Shown: positions 39,137-43,923 of the stretch, one piece after another
Layout: each line of letters begins with the position of its first letter
How positions within the stretch are numbered: position 1 is the stretch's first letter
Translations under genes and position numbers: made by a program
Assembly: GCF_000181795.1 (NCBI RefSeq)
Contig: NW_003526941.1
Span: 954,618 to 998,540, forward strand
Direction of reading: 5' to 3'
Length of the DNA: 43,923 bases
Source: Trichinella spiralis
Lineage: Eukaryota
The notes under the pieces: generated by a model
What the model was told of the DNA's origin: nothing
What the model saw: the letters and a program-made list of their open reading frames with translations, nothing else
The model's database searches: none

Positions 39137-39588
39137 NNNNNNNNNNNNNNNNNNNNNNNNNNNNNNNNNNNNNNNNNNNNNNNNNNNNNNNNNNNNNNNN
39201 NNNNNNNNNNNNNNNNNNNNNNNNNNNNNNNNNNNNNNNNNNNNNNNNNNNNNNNNNNNNNNNNNNNNNNNNNNNNNNNNNNNNNNNNNNNNNNNNNNNN
39301 NNNNNNNNNNNNNNNNNNNNNNNNNNNNNNNNNNNNNNNNNNNNNNNNNNNNNNNNNNNNNNNNNNNNNNNNNNNNNNNNNNNNNNNNNNNNNNNNNNNN
39401 NNNNNNNNNNNNNNNNNNNNNNNNNNNNNNNNNNNNNNNNNNNNNNNNNNNNNNNNNNNNNNNNNNNNNNNNNNNNNNNNNNNNNNNNNNNNNNNNNNNN
39501 NNNNNNNNNNNNNNNNNNNNNNNNNNNNNNNNNNNNNNNNNNNNNNNNNNNNNNNNNNNNNNNNNNNNNNNNNNNNNNNNNNNNNNNN
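39137..39588. other. Assembly gap (N run)
   Basis: 452 Ns; scattered Ns at ~38620-38815 indicate low-quality flanks. Confidence 0.99.
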
Positions 39589-39668
39589 AAGTGAGGACAG
39601 TTTGATTTAATATCATATTAAAGTTTAAAGAATGGAGCAAAGAAAATGTGAAAACGCGGTCGACATGC

Positions 39669-39716
39669 AGCAGATCACGGAAGACACGAAGCAGATCGCG
39701 GACGACACGAAGCAGA
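39669..39716 (+). repeat. 21-bp tandem repeat, ~2.3 copies
   Basis: agcagatcacggaagacacga / agcagatcgcggacgacacga / agcaga. Confidence 0.75.
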
Positions 39717-40480
39717 ACAAGAGAAGACAAAGTTCCTTGGACCCCAATTCTGTAGGTCTGGGATTGGGATACTTCGAAAGGGCGAAGTTATCCCATAGTT
39801 GTAATTAAGTTAACGACCAACTTACATGACTGAGTTTTGAATTAATGCAGTATTTGGTCTTTCACGCAGCAAAATTTATGTATGCAACTGCTTTCATGTG
39901 TCGAAATAATTTTTGATTTTTGTTCATTTTGTAATTTTTCTTTTTTTACATAGTTTAATTTTGTACCATTTTCAAAGCAACTTTTTTAATTTTATTTTTA
40001 TTTTTTTAATTTTTTTTCATTCATTCAAACTTTATCTTTCCTCACTTTATTTATTTTATTGAATTTTCAATTTCTCCCATTACTTCTTTTGATTCTTTTC
40101 TATTTTCACTTTTTTGCCTCCTCTATATTCTACATTTGCATGTTTTTTCAATTTATTTCTCCAAATATTTTTTGTCTGATTCTTTCACTTTGAGTTTGAC
40201 ATTGTAAAACCTCTGACACATGAAAAGCATTGCATACAAATAAGTAAACACGTAACAAACCATGGAAAAAAATGCACATAGAGAAGAAAGAAGACAAGTG
40301 GAAAAAGTCGTGATCGGTGAAAGGTTGTGGATAGGTTGGATCGAATCGTTTGTTGGTCAATTCCGTTCGTTGGTCAAGTGAGGTAAGTATTGGCACGTTG
40401 GAGAAGATACGATTTGGCGATGTCGATTGTGGAAAGCTTCTTCATTACAAAAAAAACAGAATAGTAAACAGACGTAACAA

Positions 40481-41642
40481 AAGACAAATACTGCGTTATT
40501 TCTTAACGATGATGCTCATGTAGGATTAGTTAAAAAGCGGAAAATCATGTTTGCCATTACTAGTTGCCAGCCAGAAATATTAATTAGTTTATAGGAACAA
40601 AAACAAAACAGTTAAAATGGGGAAAATGAAATAATACACGTAACACAAGTAAATTAATAATCTGTTTAAAAGTAAGAAAAAAATTTTTTTTCTTTTAATA
40701 TAAACTAAGAACAATGCAACAACAACAACAATTCTTTATTAATGAAAAAGTTTATTTTTCAAAAAAAGGATAAATGTGCAATGTAATACAAAGAAACAGA
40801 TAAAGTCTGGCATAAATGAGTTCTGCGAAATGGCAAACATGCCGGAAGTGGGACTTGAAATATTTAATGCAGGTGGAGGATGGAGAGACCAAAAATGGGC
40901 CCCATTCTGGAGCGTGGAGCTCCCTTCCCGTAGATAAGGGAGAGTACAAACTCTTCCATGCTCTTTGGAGAGGCAGAGCGTACGCTCCTATTCCCTGGAG
41001 CGGGAAAAGCCCAGGCTTTCCGCGCTGAAGAGGCAGGTGAGACTTAGTTGTTTCACCCGCCTCAGATGCGACATATTATTATCGCGCCAGTGCAGCCCCA
41101 TTTACGTAAGACACTATTTTATACTTCATTAATTTACGCCATAATATTATTTGTGATAAATAGTGGCTTTGATCTGTAACGTATTCAGGATTTTGTTGTT
41201 GTTCAGCACTTACTATAATCTTTGGTGTTGGCTCATTACATTGTTATACGTTTTCAAGGCATATATGCATTTCTAGGTCAGAAGAGTAACTTTATGCAAA
41301 TGTGATGGTAAACACTGCCGTTGGCATTCTGCTACGTGCACTTTGTGCTATTCAAATACGGTAGCAATGTTCCTTATATAAATTTCTGTTTATTGAAGGA
41401 ACTCCATTATAGTATAAATGTTCGCTGCTGAAGGGCGGTCTAATTACTTACTGCATTGCGTTATTTGGTCATTTCGATGCTTCACTGCAACAATTACGTT
41501 GCGATTGCGAGACTAAAAATATGAAGAAACCATGAACATCAGTTACAAAATGTATGACTCTACGCTTGCTTTACACTATCCCTGACAGGTCTGCTGACAG
41601 GTATGAATTTTCATATATTTGCTATTTTTCATACAATGCTTT
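40481..41642 (+). repeat. Copy 1 of a ~1.2-kb direct duplication
   Basis: Aligns by eye to 42718-43923 (offset 2239 in the core). 40842-41185 is identical to 43081-43424. Confidence 0.92.
40868..41103 (-). ncRNA. Candidate structured non-coding RNA of unknown family (copy 1)
   Basis: GC-rich island of serial hairpins (41068-41085, 41030-41063, 41003-41021, 40983-41002, 40920-40942 with cUACGg loop, 40889-40910). TATAAAA at 41123-41117 and TTTTT at 40895-40891 on the minus strand. No match to RNA families I can recall. Confidence 0.4.
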
Positions 41643-42707
41643 CATTCTTTTTTTTGGCACACTGCACTAAACATGCGCGCTTTTTAAGCTTTTTGTAGTT
41701 GCTTGATTTTAGTCTTTTTGAATGGAAACTAGCGCGTTGTTCTTCTGTAATGATGTTATACTAACATTCGACACTTTATTACGGCCAAGCCAATATATAA
41801 TAGTACTAATGGTATATTTTGCTATAATTTTCAATCGTCCTTACAAATCCATTTGTAAAGTAGTACCCTGACATAGCAGTTGAACCCCTCCCGCATTATC
41901 TTTACTGCCCACTGTAATGTTTATTGCTAAGGTAACATACTTGCCCAGTTGTTTAAAGGAAATGTCTGTCATCGGGATACTGCAGTCGCACAATCGCACC
42001 CCTAAATGCTTGTCACTGCTCAAATCGTGCACAAGATTGTTTCAGCATGACATAGGAAAGCTGCTGTTAGCTAGAGAACACACTTTTATACTACCACCTT
42101 TGATACTTTCAGAATGGCAGTAACGTTCCCTTCATTTTTGAAATGACTCCTTAAAGTTTCTATTATGATATTGTATGGCCCGTAGCACTGACTTATACAG
42201 ATGCACCTAATTTCTGTCATTGAGAAAATAACTCAATGCCCATCAATGTTGTCAGTATTGATAAATGAAACAACGCCTGAATATTATACGTGATGATTGA
42301 GTGGAAGAACGCATATGACAACTTCCACCTCCTCCATCCTTCAACTTCTTGCCCATTCCTTCCTGCTATGATGTCCCCCCTCCTTTCCTTTCTAATGATC
42401 CCCATTTTTTGATTTTTTTACTACCCCCCCCCCTGAACAGAGATCGCATTCAACTGAAAATAAAAGCCCCCCCCCCCCTATTTCGAATTGAATGAACAGT
42501 ACTTAGCTGTTTTTATCTCATATAAATCTAATTTCTCATAATTTCTGTCGACTAGCAATATAAACCAAAATCCAGGCTACTCCTGATTCTTTTGTTTTAT
42601 TCTTTTTATGCATAAAAATGCAATACAGAAATTGTCACCCGCATAAATTTTCTTGAAATTCATTTGCAAATCGGTCAAGTTACTTGAATTTTCTGCCGAA
42701 TTAGGGG

Positions 42708-42717
42708 NNNNNNNNNN
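42708..42717. other. Assembly gap (10 N)
   Basis: Ten Ns separate the final contig from the rest. Confidence 0.99.
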
Positions 42718-43923
42718 AAGACGAAATATTGAGTTGAGTCTTAGGGATGATGCTCATGTAGGATTAGGTAAAATGAGGTTAATCATGTTTCACTTTATCT
42801 AGTTGCCAGCCAGAGAATTGTAATTAGGAATATGAACAAATGCGAAACTGTTCGGATGGGGAGAATGAACTAATACTTGTATCACAAGTAAATTAATAAT
42901 CTGTTTAAAAGTGAGACAAAAATTTTTTTTCTTTTAATATAATCTAAGATCAATGCAACAACAACAACAATTCTTTATTAATGAAAAAGTTCATTTTTCA
43001 AACAAAGGATAAATGTGCAATGTAATACAAAGAAACAGATAAAGTTTGGCATAAATGAGTTTGAATAAATGGCAGACAGTCCGGAAGTGGGACTTGAAAT
43101 ATTTAATGCAGGTGGAGGATGGAGAGACCAAAAATGGGCCCCATTCTGGAGCGTGGAGCTCCCTTCCCGTAGATAAGGGAGAGTACAAACTCTTCCATGC
43201 TCTTTGGAGAGGCAGAGCGTACGCTCCTATTCCCTGGAGCGGGAAAAGCCCAGGCTTTCCGCGCTGAAGAGGCAGGTGAGACTTAGTTGTTTCACCCGCC
43301 TCAGATGCGACATATTATTATCGCGCCAGTGCAGCCCCATTTACGTAAGACACTATTTTATACTTCATTAATTTACGCCATAATATTATTTGTGATAAAT
43401 AGTGGCTTTGATCTGTAACGTATTTCAGAATTTTGTGGTGGTCCACCCCTTACTATAATCCTTGGGTGGTGGGCTCATTACATTGTTATACGTTTTCCAG
43501 GGATATATGCTTTCCTAGGGCAAAAAAATAACTTTTATGCCAATGGGGATGGGAAAACACTGCCCGTGGGCTTTCGGCTACTTGGACTTTGGGGGTATTC
43601 CAAATACGGGAACCAATGGTCCCTTATATAAATTTTCTGGTTTATTGGAAGGAACTCCCATTATAGTATAAATGGTTCCCCTGCTGAAAGGGCGGGCTAA
43701 TTACTTACCTGCATTGCGGTATTTGGGCCTTTTCGATGCTTCCCTGCAACAATTTACGTTGGCGAATTGCGAGACCTAAAAAATATGAAGAAAACCCTTG
43801 AACCATCAGTTACAAAATGTATGACCTCCTACGCCTTGCTTTCACCTATCCCCTGACAAGTCCTGCTGACAAGGTATGAAATTTTCATATAATTTGCCTA
43901 ATTTTTTTCATACCAATGGCCTT
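42718..43923 (+). repeat. Copy 2 of the ~1.2-kb duplication (possibly a redundant low-quality contig)
   Basis: Starts exactly at the gap. The 344-bp core is identical to copy 1. Beyond ~43425 the differences are mostly homopolymer expansions and base doubling, typical of a decaying sequencing read. Confidence 0.9.
43107..43342 (-). ncRNA. Candidate structured non-coding RNA of unknown family (copy 2, identical to copy 1)
   Basis: Sequence identical to 40868-41103. Confidence 0.33.

Noticed and set aside
39131..39730. 199-aa ORF
   Set aside because: Runs through an N gap; artefact.
40891..41021. RNase MRP/P-like words GGAAAGCC and AATGGGGC; telomerase-template-like CTAAGTCT; CRESS-nonamer-like TATTATTAT in a nearby loop
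   Set aside because: The P4 pseudoknot cannot be formed convincingly, the template does not match TTAGGC repeats, and the nonamer is mismatched with no Rep gene nearby.
40816..41028. 70-aa ORF (and the 65-aa antisense ORF) repeated in both duplicate copies
   Set aside because: No recognisable motif. The ORFs are expected by chance in a GC-rich island and recur only because of the duplication; hairpin density explains the region better.
41025..41066. Hammerhead-like CTGAAGA followed by a stem on the plus strand
   Set aside because: The required GAAA after stem II is absent (TCAGA follows).
41841..42405. Short ORFs and poly-C tracts between the duplicate copies (possible decayed transposon)
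   Set aside because: No transposase, RT or integrase motif is recognisable in the frames I read.

Overview
AT-rich, intron-containing eukaryotic scaffold. Short introns, TTT(T)CAG acceptors and an EFF-1/AFF-1 fusogen point to a nematode; a clade I parasite such as Trichinella is my inference only. Three protein genes can be spliced by hand: (1) the 3' part of an EFF-1/AFF-1 (FF) cell-cell fusogen (+, <1-1696); (2) a complete 9-exon, ~806-aa RNA-binding protein of the A1CF/RBM47/RBM46 class with 3 RRMs, an RG box and a dsRBD-like domain (+, 14131-19867); (3) a full-length, ~37-exon, ~3,500-aa WDFY3/ALFY/Blue cheese autophagy scaffold (-, 36728-20806), convergent with gene 2. The 12-kb microsatellite-rich spacer between genes 1 and 2 holds an unexplained GC-rich island at ~5.7-5.95 kb. 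On + it reads as promoter motifs plus a 48-nt microexon; on - it reads as a protein-like exon. The right end is gappy and low quality. It contains a ~1.2-kb duplicated segment (probably an assembly redundancy) whose core is an unidentified, densely hairpinned ~210-260-nt GC-rich element with a TATA box, a cUACGg tetraloop, a terminal stem and a T5 tract; this candidate structured ncRNA is the most intriguing unexplained signal. No tRNA, rRNA, CRISPR array or intact transposon was recognised. Family assignments come from remembered motifs; no search was run.
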